DNA of 35,879 bases from a virus. Taxonomy: Duplodnaviria > Caudoviricetes. Below are positions 1 to 8,574 of the stretch, piece by piece (the first letter of the stretch is position 1; the number at the start of each line of letters is the position of its first letter). A model generated the notes under the pieces. It saw only the letters and a program-made list of their open reading frames with translations. It had not been told where the DNA came from and did not search any database. The stretch spans positions 1 to 35,879 of the IMG/VR virus record IMGVR_UViG_3300048858_000140; one strand, given 5' to 3'. The position numbers and the translations under genes were made by a program.

Positions 1-393
1 CTACTGTTCTTGGGCGCCTGTGCTGTCCAAAGCCGTCAGCAGCGAAACCGCTACGGTCAGTTGCGTCATGGCGAAAGGCTTACCTAGGACCATGCTGCCG
101 GGGACGCCTTTTGCTTTCCATTCATGTGCGCTGTCGCCGCTCATGTACAAGACCGGCATGTGGGGCACGAGCTCGCGGACCCGTCGGCCAATTTCCCAGC
201 CGTCTGGGCCCTCTCCGAGGCGAATATCGCTCAACACCGCGGCGAACCGTTCAGCATCCGCATCGAGTTCGCAAACCGCTTCCGCGCCGCTCGAACAAGT
301 CAAAACCTCGAAACCCGCCTCGGCCAGGGCTTGTTCGAGAACAATGTGCAAGAGAAATTCGTCTTCGACCAGCAACAGCAGACCTTTAGTCAC
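1..393 (-). CDS. Single-domain response regulator (CheY-like receiver)
   Basis: LLVEDE acidic pocket, phosphoacceptor in VLSDIRL, YMSG and LGKPF motifs; GTG start preceded by GAGGGG. Confidence 0.92.
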   Translation of the reverse strand: MTKGLLLLVEDEFLLHIVLEQALAEAGFEVLTCSSGAEAVCELDADAERFAAVLSDIRLGEGPDGWEIGRRVRELVPHMPVLYMSGDSAHEWKAKGVPGSMVLGKPFAMTQLTVAVSLLTALDSTGAQEQ

Positions 394-577
394 GTTAACC
401 CCCTCGATGGCGGGAGCGTATGATCACAAGGTCATTCTCTCAGAGGCCAGATGCCACAAAGTCGGCTGGCGATTCTCTAGATATATCACGTTTTACTTCA
501 ATAGCTTCAACATTTCGGCAGTGGAAGTATCACGGCTTACAGACGGTTCAACTCAGATTTGCCCCTCAAATCTACAC

Positions 578-853
578 ATGACTGTCAGGGCAACCGGAAC
601 CGGCTATCGCGGCGATAGTTTCCGTACGAAGTCATACCGTCAAAGACCTCTGGTCGCTCCCCCGGCGCCCCAAGCGAATGTGGCGAGTGATCTCCTCACG
701 ACGGTCAAAGAGTTCGCCCACTGGCACCACCTGAACGAGGTGACGATCGCCGCCGGCAACAAGCCAAGCGAAAGTGAAATCGACCTCGAGGCTATTGCCT
801 GGAACAGGATCACGCGCGCCCTTGCCGCCTCCGCGATGGAGGCCCGCCAATGA
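578..853 (+). CDS. Possible small hypothetical protein (3' part of ORF 20..853)
   Basis: In-frame ATG at 578 fills the gap between neighbouring genes; no clear RBS or motif. Confidence 0.3.
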   Translation: MTVRATGTGYRGDSFRTKSYRQRPLVAPPAPQANVASDLLTTVKEFAHWHHLNEVTIAAGNKPSESEIDLEAIAWNRITRALAASAMEARQ

Positions 854-858
854 GCCGC

Positions 859-1140
859 TCAGACATGACTGTCGGAGTTCGACGACACGAAGATGTGGCC
901 CGTGAGCACCTCGTTAAGGGCTTCGGGAGCCAAGACTTCGGCCAGCAAATCACCTTCTTCATTGCAAATTCGGACACTCCAGAGTGTGAAATCTCGACGT
1001 GCCCGAAGGCATTCAGCCGCTATGTCGCGGATACCCTGGCGGGCCTCCGACTTCGCCGCTTCGAGATCCGGGAGTTCCGAACCGTCCGGATCGGCAATGA
1101 TCTCTCTCAGGTGGTTCAGGTGAAAATAGAACGTTCGCAT
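859..1140 (-). CDS. DUF6894-like small protein
   Basis: MRTFYFHL...DPDGSELPDLEAAKSEA...VRICNEEGDLL pattern typical of this alphaproteobacterial family. Confidence 0.8.
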   Translation of the reverse strand: MRTFYFHLNHLREIIADPDGSELPDLEAAKSEARQGIRDIAAECLRARRDFTLWSVRICNEEGDLLAEVLAPEALNEVLTGHIFVSSNSDSHV

Positions 1141-1248
1141 GAGCTAAATCTGAAACACGTTTGGCGAACCGTCAAGGCTGCAGAGCGCGTTCGTCAAGAA
1201 GCGTACACTTCCGCGCCTGAGCGGCGACGGGGACACCGGTATCTCCGG

Positions 1249-1500
1249 TTAGTTGCCGCTGACATCGAGGTCAGCTTCTTCCGCCGCTCGCAGAAATGCA
1301 GCCCGGGCTTCACTCGGAGGCCGTCCCCCGCTCATGACCTGCAAGAAAATTTCACGGGCCTTTTCGAACTCTCTGCCAGTGCTGACCGGCCACGACGAAA
1401 TCAGGATATCCGCCGCCTCCTCTGTGCTGCTGACTTTACGGACAAGGCCGCTCGCGTCTTCGTAGATAACAGGTCGACGCCATCGTCTAGGGTCATGCAT
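1249..1500 (-). CDS. DUF982 family protein
   Basis: WRRPV...VSSTEEAADILISSWP...EARAAFLRAAEEA signature; ATG at 1500 chosen as start. Confidence 0.85.
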   Translation of the reverse strand: MHDPRRWRRPVIYEDASGLVRKVSSTEEAADILISSWPVSTGREFEKAREIFLQVMSGGRPPSEARAAFLRAAEEADLDVSGN

Positions 1501-1529
1501 GTTCCAACTCTCATACTTGGGAGCTCCCC

Positions 1530-1554
1530 AACATCCAGAAGGGCAACACGTTCC
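1530..1554 (-). promoter_or_regulatory. Putative EcfG/RpoE2 general-stress sigma promoter for the DUF982 gene
   Basis: GGAAC-N16-TGTT about 30 nt upstream of the ATG; EcfG consensus is GGAAC-N16/17-CGTT. Confidence 0.55.
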
Positions 1555-1556
1555 CC

Positions 1557-1682
1557 TCACCGGTTGAGCAGGGTCTCCAACGCAATCGCTGCCGTCGCTT
1601 CCGACCCATCACCCCAGTTGAGGGCGCCAATGTCCGCCGTCATCAGAGGCGCGAACAGCCCGGAAGCCAGCGGACTAAGCAC
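1557..1682 (-). pseudogene. 41-codon ORF, possible truncated last gene of the phage operon
   Basis: GTG at 1682 overlaps the end of the upstream gene; reads MLSPLASGLFAPLMTADIGALNWGDG... and stops right at the accessory-gene promoter. Confidence 0.35.
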
Positions 1683-1956
1683 TGAACACCCCGCAAGAAA
1701 TACCGTCTGGTCTTGAGAACCGATACGTACCTGGCGCCGTGATAACGCGAGCCGCCTGCTCACCGGTGCCACTAAGTTCGCCCACTTTGAAGTACTGGCC
1801 CGCGTCGTCCTTCAGAAGGATGTAGACGACAGCACCAGAAACGCTAGGGCCGGCAGCATCTTTCAGGCAAACCGTGATCGGAGTGCCCGCGGCAACTACG
1901 ACGTCGGCGGAGTTAGCCTCAGTCGTGCCGGTCGTGAGAATATTAGTGATAGCCAT
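1675..1956 (-). CDS. Small beta-rich phage protein, possibly virion-associated
   Basis: ATG at 1956 after GGAG; MAITNILTTGTTEANSAD...APGTYRFSRP. Confidence 0.75.
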   Translation of the reverse strand: MAITNILTTGTTEANSADVVVAAGTPITVCLKDAAGPSVSGAVVYILLKDDAGQYFKVGELSGTGEQAARVITAPGTYRFSRPDGISCGVFSA

Positions 1957-1981
1957 GTCGGGCTCCAGATTTTGTGAGGGA

Positions 1982-2401
1982 CTACGGGGCCCGACGGCGA
2001 GGGGCCGGAGCGGACGCTTCGAACGCTCGGTCAAGCCGCTCGTTCATGCCCTCGATACGATTACCCACGCTCTCGATCGCGCGAAGGAGTTGGCTAGTCT
2101 GCTCATGCATCCCCTGCTTGGTCGCGAATGTTTCGGAGCAGTGGAGTTTGTGGGCGGCCAGATCTATTCTGGCGCTAGAGGCTTCCAAGATAGCCGCGTT
2201 CGCCTTCTCGGAGGCTTCCTTGCGCGCGATGTCAACGCGCTCCGCAGCCTCTTTGCGTGCCGCATCGACACGTTCCAGCGCGTCCTTTCGGGCAGTGTCA
2301 ACCTTGCCCTCAATGCGCCACCAGATGCCCCAGAGGGCACCAGAGACGGCAATGAAAAGCATGATCCCGCCGATGAGTTGGGTCCAAAGTTCCGCGGTCA
2401 T
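1982..2401 (-). CDS. Membrane-anchored coiled-coil protein at the end of the lysis cassette
   Basis: One N-terminal TM helix, three 11-aa repeats, ATGA overlap with the o-spanin gene. Confidence 0.8.
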   Translation of the reverse strand: MTAELWTQLIGGIMLFIAVSGALWGIWWRIEGKVDTARKDALERVDAARKEAAERVDIARKEASEKANAAILEASSARIDLAAHKLHCSETFATKQGMHEQTSQLLRAIESVGNRIEGMNERLDRAFEASAPAPRRRAP

Positions 2402-2697
2402 TTGCCTACCCCTGCCCGCAACGCGTCATCCCGAGACACCACAAAGTTCCGCAGCGCCAAATGGCGGCGGTAACAATCCAGCAGCGCCGATCGATCCGAG
2501 ATCCACAGACCCTCTACCTGAGACTGCGTCAGCGGCTTGTTGCCTAGGTCAACCGGCAACCCGCACGCCTTCAGCAACTTGCTATCCGGGGCGGCCAGCA
2601 CAGGCGGCTTCACCGGACTAACGGATCTTGTTGATACGCTGCACCCCAGCATCACCAATGGCAACGCGGTCAGCATCAGGATCTTGCTGAGCTTCAC
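2398..2697 (-). CDS. Outer-membrane spanin (Rz1-like lipoprotein)
   Basis: Signal peptide with lipobox MLGC, Pro-rich mature part, further Cys residues, overlaps the 3' end of the i-spanin gene. Confidence 0.85.
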   Translation of the reverse strand: MKLSKILMLTALPLVMLGCSVSTRSVSPVKPPVLAAPDSKLLKACGLPVDLGNKPLTQSQVEGLWISDRSALLDCYRRHLALRNFVVSRDDALRAGVGK

Positions 2698-2989
2698 TGG
2701 CCAGCCTCCTTCGGAGTTCTAGGTTGTCGGCTTCTTGGGCTTCGAGGGCAGCAATGGCTGCCGCCTCTCGCTGCTTCGCCGCGTTGTTGGCGATCGTCTG
2801 CCGGCGCTGTTCGTTGGCGTCGGCTTCGGCGAGAGCGACGGCGGTGGCCGCAATGCGCTGCTCGTAGTGCGCAGCGGCCCGCTGGTAGCCTTTGTGGTCG
2901 ACATAGGTGTAGGCGCCCACCAGCAGCGCGAACGCCGCCACAGCGCCAGCGAGCCAGCGCGCGACGGGGCTGAAGAGAAAGGCGATCAT
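2618..2989 (-). CDS. Inner-membrane spanin (Rz-like)
   Basis: N-terminal TM helix then Ala/Glu/Gln coiled coil; directly follows the endolysin with ATGA overlap. Confidence 0.85.
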   Translation of the reverse strand: MIAFLFSPVARWLAGAVAAFALLVGAYTYVDHKGYQRAAAHYEQRIAATAVALAEADANEQRRQTIANNAAKQREAAAIAALEAQEADNLELRRRLASEAQQDPDADRVAIGDAGVQRINKIR

Positions 2990-3570
2990 GCGGGCAGCCC
3001 CGAAACACAGAGCTCGGCCTCACCGATGCGCTGCGCGTCGCCCATCTCACGACGGCGCACGAGGCCGGTAACGATCTGGCCACCGGCCTTGTTGAAAGCG
3101 GTCTGCGCCTCACAGGCCTCGCGGTACTTGCCGGACATGGTGAGGCGTGCCGCAGTGGACTTGCAGGCAGCGCCGACGCCGAAGTTGTAGGCGCCGGAAA
3201 TCAGGGACGCCTGCAGGCTAACCGGACGCTTCGTGAAGTCGGTGATGCACCTGGTCAGAGGCAAGTAGTAGTCATTGGTAACGCGCTTGGCGAGCATCGC
3301 TTCGCACTCGGCGCGCGTCTTGGTCATGCCGGCCGTGATGCCCTTGGTCTCTCCGTAGCAGATGTCCCAAATCTTCGCATAGGGATCCCAGTGCGACTCG
3401 AGGACGAGTCCTTCCCACGGCTTGATTAGGTGGTCTACGGCCAGAACAACGGCGACGGGTGGCTTGCTGGCGAGGTAGGCGCTATAGCCGCCGCCACTCG
3501 CGAACAGCGCGAACACGGCCGCAATGGCCGCCTTGCCGCGGCTACTGCTGCGTATCTTGTTTATCGGCAT
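2986..3570 (-). CDS. Endolysin, GH24 phage lysozyme, probable SAR type
   Basis: WEG...ICYGET, AYNFGVGAAC, GLVRRRE motifs; Ala/Gly-rich weakly hydrophobic N-terminus; AGGAG upstream of ATG 3570. Confidence 0.93.
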   Translation of the reverse strand: MPINKIRSSSRGKAAIAAVFALFASGGGYSAYLASKPPVAVVLAVDHLIKPWEGLVLESHWDPYAKIWDICYGETKGITAGMTKTRAECEAMLAKRVTNDYYLPLTRCITDFTKRPVSLQASLISGAYNFGVGAACKSTAARLTMSGKYREACEAQTAFNKAGGQIVTGLVRRREMGDAQRIGEAELCVSGLPA

Positions 3571-3787
3571 GAACCGGCTCCTGTTGGACAAGCAGGCGCG
3601 CCACGAAGGCGAAGCATGTTGCGAGGAAAGAAAGGGCTGCGAAGATGCCGGGAGGCCAATCGAGCCAAAGCTGAATGTCGGGTAGCGAAAGAACCATCTC
3701 GACGCCCGAGAGGGCGCCCGCCAGGAACAGCAGACGTATGCTCCATGCGCGGCGAAGCACCCGGCGCCAGTCGGGAATGAATTTCAT
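3542..3787 (-). CDS. Holin, two TM segments
   Basis: MKFIPDWRRVLRRAWSIRL N-terminus, two hydrophobic helices, ARLLVQQ end; immediately upstream of the endolysin. Confidence 0.8.
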   Translation of the reverse strand: MKFIPDWRRVLRRAWSIRLLFLAGALSGVEMVLSLPDIQLWLDWPPGIFAALSFLATCFAFVARLLVQQEPVHADKQDTQQ

Positions 3788-3999
3788 TTTCTTGATCCTT
3801 TGGCTCGCTCATAGATGTCGCGGGCCGATAGCTCGTCGGCGCAATGATGCGGCTCTCGCATGGCGCGTCCGACAAGGCGGCAAAACAAGCAGTCGTCGCC
3901 CCACCGCATCGCAGCGCGCCAGCACAGTGTCTTGCCGGACGGTCCGCCCGTTACGGAGCAAGCCATCCGGCTGAAGTTTGCAATCAAGTCGTGGAGCAT
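3784..3999 (-). CDS. Small Cys/His-rich hypothetical phage protein
   Basis: ATG at 3999 just after the gpD stop; ATGA overlap with the holin; CLFC and HHC motifs. Confidence 0.65.
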   Translation of the reverse strand: MLHDLIANFSRMACSVTGGPSGKTLCWRAAMRWGDDCLFCRLVGRAMREPHHCADELSARDIYERAKGSRK

Positions 4000-4009
4000 G
4001 GCCGTTGCC

Positions 4010-5155
4010 CTAGTTGTCGTCTGTGCTGCCGTAGCGACGTGTCTGATTCCACAGGTCCGGCGTTGCCGGCGTCCCTGCAGGCGCGCCCTTGACAGGTGTG
4101 CTGCTTCCGCCGCCTTCGCCGTCGCCGCTGCCATTTCCAGACGACCCGCCCTTCCCGCCGCCGGACTTGCCGTCGTAGAGCTTGGCGCTGATGGCCGTGG
4201 TGTATCCTGACTTGCTGAAAGCGTGCGTGACTGTGCTGATGACGTAAGGCACACCATCAAGGCCAGGACGAACCCCCTGAAACAGTAGCGGCGCACCAGC
4301 AACGATTGCCGTATCGCCTACCACTGTGACCGATGCCGAGCCCTCCCCGCGCTTCAGGTCCTTGGCTTTGGATTGCGCGGCCTTGTCGGCTTCCTCGACG
4401 CTAGAGAACGGTTCAGGGATGCGGTAGACGCTGTCGCCCTCTTCGTCGCTGTCGGCTTCGATCTCGACGCGCTTGGCTTGCTCCTTGTCCTGATAGTAGG
4501 CGACCACCTTGCTGTATTTTGTCCGGTCGTTGGCCTCGAATGTGCATGAGCCTTCGACGATCCGCGGTGGGCTGACGACTACCGAGCCGACGAAGGCGCC
4601 GGTCGATGCATTGCCGGAGCCCTTGGCAGAGAACACCAAGCGGCCAGCCTTCACGGCAAACAGCGCGTTGTGGCGCTCCGCAAGGCGGCTTAGAAAGTGG
4701 ATGTTCGATTCGTCTTGCTGCGCAAACCAGTCGTAGACATGGGCGCCAATGGATTCGTCCACGCTAGCCTGGAGATCGCTTTCTCCGGCCACATCGTCGA
4801 CAATCTCCTTGACGGTCTTGCCTTCCCAGCTTCGTTCCTGCCGCTCCTTCAGCTTGCCGCTGCGCAGGTCCGCGGACTTGCCAGAGATCGACATGCCGAA
4901 CGGCAGGCACTTGCACGTCACTTTGTCGACCGTAAACTGGCCAAGGCTGCGCAGTGTGCCATAGCCGACACGGATATCGACGACGGCTCCTGTTCGAGGG
5001 ATTGCCAGCATCTGTGGCGGCCCGTCGTTCAGTTCCATTTCAAACGTGTCGGCCTCGCCGCCATCGTTGTCTGTGACGGACGCGGAGACCAGCCGCTCGT
5101 AGAAGCCGCCGGCGACGGACTGACCGTCGATAGTGATTTCAATCTTCGGGCGCAT
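4010..5155 (-). CDS. P2 gpD-like baseplate hub (late control D family)
   Basis: VTDNDGGEADTFEM, LGQFTVDKV, QQDESNIHFLSRLAER motifs; follows gpX. Confidence 0.92.
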   Translation of the reverse strand: MRPKIEITIDGQSVAGGFYERLVSASVTDNDGGEADTFEMELNDGPPQMLAIPRTGAVVDIRVGYGTLRSLGQFTVDKVTCKCLPFGMSISGKSADLRSGKLKERQERSWEGKTVKEIVDDVAGESDLQASVDESIGAHVYDWFAQQDESNIHFLSRLAERHNALFAVKAGRLVFSAKGSGNASTGAFVGSVVVSPPRIVEGSCTFEANDRTKYSKVVAYYQDKEQAKRVEIEADSDEEGDSVYRIPEPFSSVEEADKAAQSKAKDLKRGEGSASVTVVGDTAIVAGAPLLFQGVRPGLDGVPYVISTVTHAFSKSGYTTAISAKLYDGKSGGGKGGSSGNGSGDGEGGGSSTPVKGAPAGTPATPDLWNQTRRYGSTDDN

Positions 5156-5158
5156 CTG

Positions 5159-5371
5159 TTACTCCCAAAGTTGCACGAGTTCGCGCGCTGGCGGCTTTGT
5201 CTGGATATCCGGCAAAACAATGATAGTGCCGTTGGGGAGATTCGGCCCCAGAGCAGCAAGGCCGGGGTTGGCGTCGAGCACCGTCTCTGTGACGCCGCCC
5301 GTCCGCCCGTAGTGGTCGAGGCAGACCAGATCGACCGTCTGGCCTTGCCTGGTCGTGTAGCGCGTTGCCAT
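5159..5371 (-). CDS. P2 gpX-like tail protein (LysM-like)
   Basis: YTTRQGQTVDLVC...VLDANPGLA...VQLWE. Confidence 0.93.
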   Translation of the reverse strand: MATRYTTRQGQTVDLVCLDHYGRTGGVTETVLDANPGLAALGPNLPNGTIIVLPDIQTKPPARELVQLWE

Positions 5372-5383
5372 GGTCGCCTCCGA

Positions 5384-5842
5384 TTAGCCGAATAGATTGA
5401 GGATTGGCGAAAGAATGCCGCCGGTAGACCCGCCGCCACTGTCGTTCTGGCCGTATCGTTTCAGTGTGATGGTGTAGGAGTTACGCCTCGCCTCGCCGTA
5501 GGCGGTGAAAAAGCTCTTGTCCTCGTCGACGGACTGAATAGTGAATCGACCGTGGATCGTGCCGAGCGTGGCATCGCCCGACACCAGCATCAGGACTTGC
5601 CCCGCATTCGCCGCAGCAATGATGCCGTCCAGCGACGACTGGCCTCCATGCTGCGCTGGGAATAGCACGCCTTTGATGCTGACCTCTTCCGAGGTTGGCC
5701 CAACCCATTGCATCTGGTCGAGCGTCTGAGCCACCTTGACCTCTGCCCACGGAGTCTGCACCTTCCGGGACAGGCCGTCGTAGCCGAAGCCAATTGCCTC
5801 GAATGCGTAAGGCCCAAGAGCCATCGCGGTTGGTCCGGACAT
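5384..5842 (-). CDS. P2 gpU-like tail tube initiator
   Basis: MALGPYAF...QWVGP...YTITLKRY; AGGAG upstream of ATG 5842. Confidence 0.9.
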   Translation of the reverse strand: MSGPTAMALGPYAFEAIGFGYDGLSRKVQTPWAEVKVAQTLDQMQWVGPTSEEVSIKGVLFPAQHGGQSSLDGIIAAANAGQVLMLVSGDATLGTIHGRFTIQSVDEDKSFFTAYGEARRNSYTITLKRYGQNDSGGGSTGGILSPILNLFG

Positions 5843-5868
5843 GGCGTCTCCTGTTGACAAATTTGTAA

Positions 5869-5894
5869 AGCCCGCCGACGGTTGCCGGCAGGCT
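5869..5894 (-). terminator. 11-bp hairpin, possible weak intrinsic terminator or RNA-stabilising element
   Basis: AGCCUGCCGGC-AACC-GUCGGCGGGCU pairs fully only on the minus strand (two G-U pairs); short U tract. Confidence 0.5.
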
Positions 5895-6002
5895 CTCATG
5901 ACCGATGGTCATGAAGTTAGCATTGGCAGGATGGGTCCATCGCGCTTAGCGGCTGGCCGCACACAGGTCCCTCCGTGTTGCGAAGAGAAGTGGGTTCATC
6001 GC

Positions 6003-8123
6003 CTAGTCGCTAAACGATGACTCGTAAGCATTCCGACTGATAGTGCCCAACTGGCTTGCAGCGGCACTCGCAGCAGCCTGCGGATCCGATACGCCGTTGA
6101 TGGTGATTGGCGCGTTCACAGTGACGTTTGGTTGCACACGGTTGACTTCCTGCACCTGCTGAACGCCCGATGGCTGCGTCATTGCGGCGATGCTGCCGCT
6201 GTCGATGCGCGTGTAGCCAATGTCGTCCGCAGTTTTACCCGGCAGCGTGTCTGTGGTGCTTCCACCTATTCCCATCGAGCGCGCTGCGGTGGCCGCGTCC
6301 ATAGCCATCTGCGCGGCCACCGCAGCTTGCGGCGATTGCGAGGGCATGTTCGACAGTGCGGACCCGATTGCGTGCGCCAAGTCAGTCGGACTCGGCATAA
6401 GAGACTGCCCGCGCGCATAGGACGTATCGCCCGTGTATGACTCTTTGGCGACCGTGTAGGCTCCGCCAATGGCAGCACCAAACGTCCCAAGTCGACCGAG
6501 CCCGAGCAGAAGTGGCTTAAGGCCACCGCCTCCAGCGGCGGGAGGTTGGCCACCTCCGCCGGGCTTTCCTGGTAAACCGCCGCCACCGACAATCGCAGCA
6601 AGAGTCCCGGCCGCCCTCAGCGCGCCAATGATGGTTGACGCCCCCGACAGAAACATCATCGCGGCGGCGAGCTTACGGATGGTGCCCGCCAGCGTCATGA
6701 TGCCGACGCTCCACAGCATGATTTGAAACCCATACGGCGCCAGGTCCGCGAAGAACTTGGCGATCGGGTTTTCAGCGATGGCCGATGTCAGCGACCTGAT
6801 GTCCTCGCCCCATTTGCGGAACTTGACAAATATCAGTCCGATCTTGTCGGCCGCGGCGGATCCGTCTTCAGCGCCGAACAGGAGGTCGCCAAGATCATTG
6901 ATCAGATCGCGAATGCCACCCTCGACGCCGAAACCCTTCAGGAATCCCTGCGTCGCTGCGTCGAGCTTCGCAAAGATGTGTGCCCGCGCGCCTAGCGAGT
7001 CGATGACGTCGCCGATGCCGAGTGCGGCCTCCCTGATTTTGGGAAGCATCCGGTCACCCATGGACATCCCAAGTTCGGTGAACTTGTTCTGAAGCAGTTG
7101 CAGCACGTTCGCCGTGGTGTTGGCGCGCGCCACATATTCCTTGTAGGCTGACCCGGCATATTTCGTCTTGTCGCCGACGCTGTTAAGCGCCTGGTCAAGC
7201 AGCCCGATGTTGCCGATCAGCGGCGCGAAGGCTTTCGCCTCGTCGCCAAAGAACTGGCTTAGCAGCGCGATGTGCTGGTCTTTGGGCGCCTTGCCGATCG
7301 CCGTAAGGACGGTTTTCAACGCCTTCGGGGCGTCTTTTTGCATCTGCTTCGCGATGGTCGGGAGATCCAACCCAAGCGCCTTGGCTGCCTCTCGCTGCTC
7401 CTTCTTCGCGAACTTGCCGCGCGTCAGGGCCTTGACGACGTTCTGCATCGCAGTGCCGGCCGTCTCAGACTGCGCACCAGCCGCGATCATGGCAGAGCCG
7501 ATGGCCGCGATCTCTTCCTTGGCGAAGCCGCCCATCTCGGCGAGCGCTCCGACTCGGAGCATGTAGTCGGTGACGTCCTTGGCTTTTGAGGCCATATTAT
7601 TGGACAGGTGGTTGATGGCGTCGGCCAGGTCGCCGGTCTCCGGGACCGTGAGGCCAAGCTGTGTCTTCAGTTTCGCAAGCGATTCGCCTGCCTCTCCGGC
7701 GCCAAGATCGAACGCGATACCCACGCGGGCCGCCATCTCGGAGAACGCCTTCAGATCCTGCGTGGCAACGCCGGACTCGCCGGCCGCTGCAAAGAGTGCC
7801 GCGATGTCCTTGGATGCAATCGGCAGTTCCGTGGACATCTGCCGGATAGTGCGCGACATGTTTTCAAACTGTTCCTCGGTCGCATCGACGACCTTGCGGA
7901 CGTCAGCGAACGCGGACTCGAAATCCATTGCCGCGCCGACCGTGGTCTGAAGACCTTGCGTGATGCCGAGATAGGCGCCGCCGAATGCTGCAATCCGCCC
8001 GAACGTGCCGAGCAACGCGCCTTGTGTTGCCCGGATGCCGTTCAGCGAACTGTTGATAGCCTTCGCCCGTCCAGTCACCTGGTCCAAAAGCGAGAGGCGG
8101 AGCGTGCTGTTAAGAATGGCCAT
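6003..8123 (-). CDS. Tail tape measure protein (TP901 core type)
   Basis: AMDFESAFADVRKVVD, DAINHLSNN, FFGDEA motifs; Ala-rich, 706 aa; follows the chaperones. Confidence 0.96.
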   Translation of the reverse strand: MAILNSTLRLSLLDQVTGRAKAINSSLNGIRATQGALLGTFGRIAAFGGAYLGITQGLQTTVGAAMDFESAFADVRKVVDATEEQFENMSRTIRQMSTELPIASKDIAALFAAAGESGVATQDLKAFSEMAARVGIAFDLGAGEAGESLAKLKTQLGLTVPETGDLADAINHLSNNMASKAKDVTDYMLRVGALAEMGGFAKEEIAAIGSAMIAAGAQSETAGTAMQNVVKALTRGKFAKKEQREAAKALGLDLPTIAKQMQKDAPKALKTVLTAIGKAPKDQHIALLSQFFGDEAKAFAPLIGNIGLLDQALNSVGDKTKYAGSAYKEYVARANTTANVLQLLQNKFTELGMSMGDRMLPKIREAALGIGDVIDSLGARAHIFAKLDAATQGFLKGFGVEGGIRDLINDLGDLLFGAEDGSAAADKIGLIFVKFRKWGEDIRSLTSAIAENPIAKFFADLAPYGFQIMLWSVGIMTLAGTIRKLAAAMMFLSGASTIIGALRAAGTLAAIVGGGGLPGKPGGGGQPPAAGGGGLKPLLLGLGRLGTFGAAIGGAYTVAKESYTGDTSYARGQSLMPSPTDLAHAIGSALSNMPSQSPQAAVAAQMAMDAATAARSMGIGGSTTDTLPGKTADDIGYTRIDSGSIAAMTQPSGVQQVQEVNRVQPNVTVNAPITINGVSDPQAAASAAASQLGTISRNAYESSFSD

Positions 8124-8281
8124 TATGAGCTCCGCGTCTGCTTCAGAATTTCGGCGGCGGTGTCAAACCATGCCAGCGCCTCGTCGGGAGACATGCGCTT
8201 GATTTCACTCAGGGGAGTCGAAAGTACATGCGCCACGACGCCGGCAACTATTCGCCAGTCGTGGGCTCCGGCTCGTTTCCC
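8123..8281 (-). CDS. gpE'-like extension of the tail chaperone, expressed by -1 frameshift
   Basis: The -1 frame from GGGAAAC reads GKRAGAHDWRIVAGVVAHVLSTPLSEIKRMSPDEALAWFDTAAEILKQTRSS; its TAA overlaps the tape measure ATG. Confidence 0.85.
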   Translation of the reverse strand, partial: GKRAGAHDWRIVAGVVAHVLSTPLSEIKRMSPDEALAWFDTAAEILKQTRSS

Positions 8282-8511
8282 AGAAGGTCCGCGGTGGCCT
8301 TCATGATGGCAGTCAGGTCTTTGGCGCGGATCTTCTTGAAGGCAGGAAGCGGCGTGTCTGAGATCGACGCCAGCACGGCCATGGTCTTCGTCAATTCGCC
8401 GGTCACAGCGTCGCCCACGATAAGGTCGCCAATGGTGGCTTCACGGAAGGTCAGTGCAGAATAGGTTGTGCCGTTGTGCTCAACGGGCTTTGAAAGCGTA
8501 ATGGTGGTCAT
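8248..8511 (-). CDS. Tail assembly chaperone (P2 gpE/Mu gp41-like)
   Basis: ITLSKPVEHNG...LTFREATIGD; lies between tube and tape measure; GAGGAG RBS. Confidence 0.9.
   Translation of the reverse strand: MTTITLSKPVEHNGTTYSALTFREATIGDLIVGDAVTGELTKTMAVLASISDTPLPAFKKIRAKDLTAIMKATADLLGNEPEPTTGE
8275..8281 (-). promoter_or_regulatory. -1 ribosomal frameshift heptamer G GGA AAC
   Basis: X XXY YYZ pattern in the correct phase near the end of the chaperone gene. Confidence 0.85.
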
Positions 8512-8574
8512 GGGTGGTCTCCTCTTGGGGAAGTGGTGGGTGGCGGGGCAGCTGGTGAGGCCGCCCCTTGGTAG

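Noticed and set aside
20-1716. 277-aa and 288-aa plus-strand ORFs
   Set aside because: They overlap recognisable minus-strand genes; only 578-853 is kept as a weak candidate.
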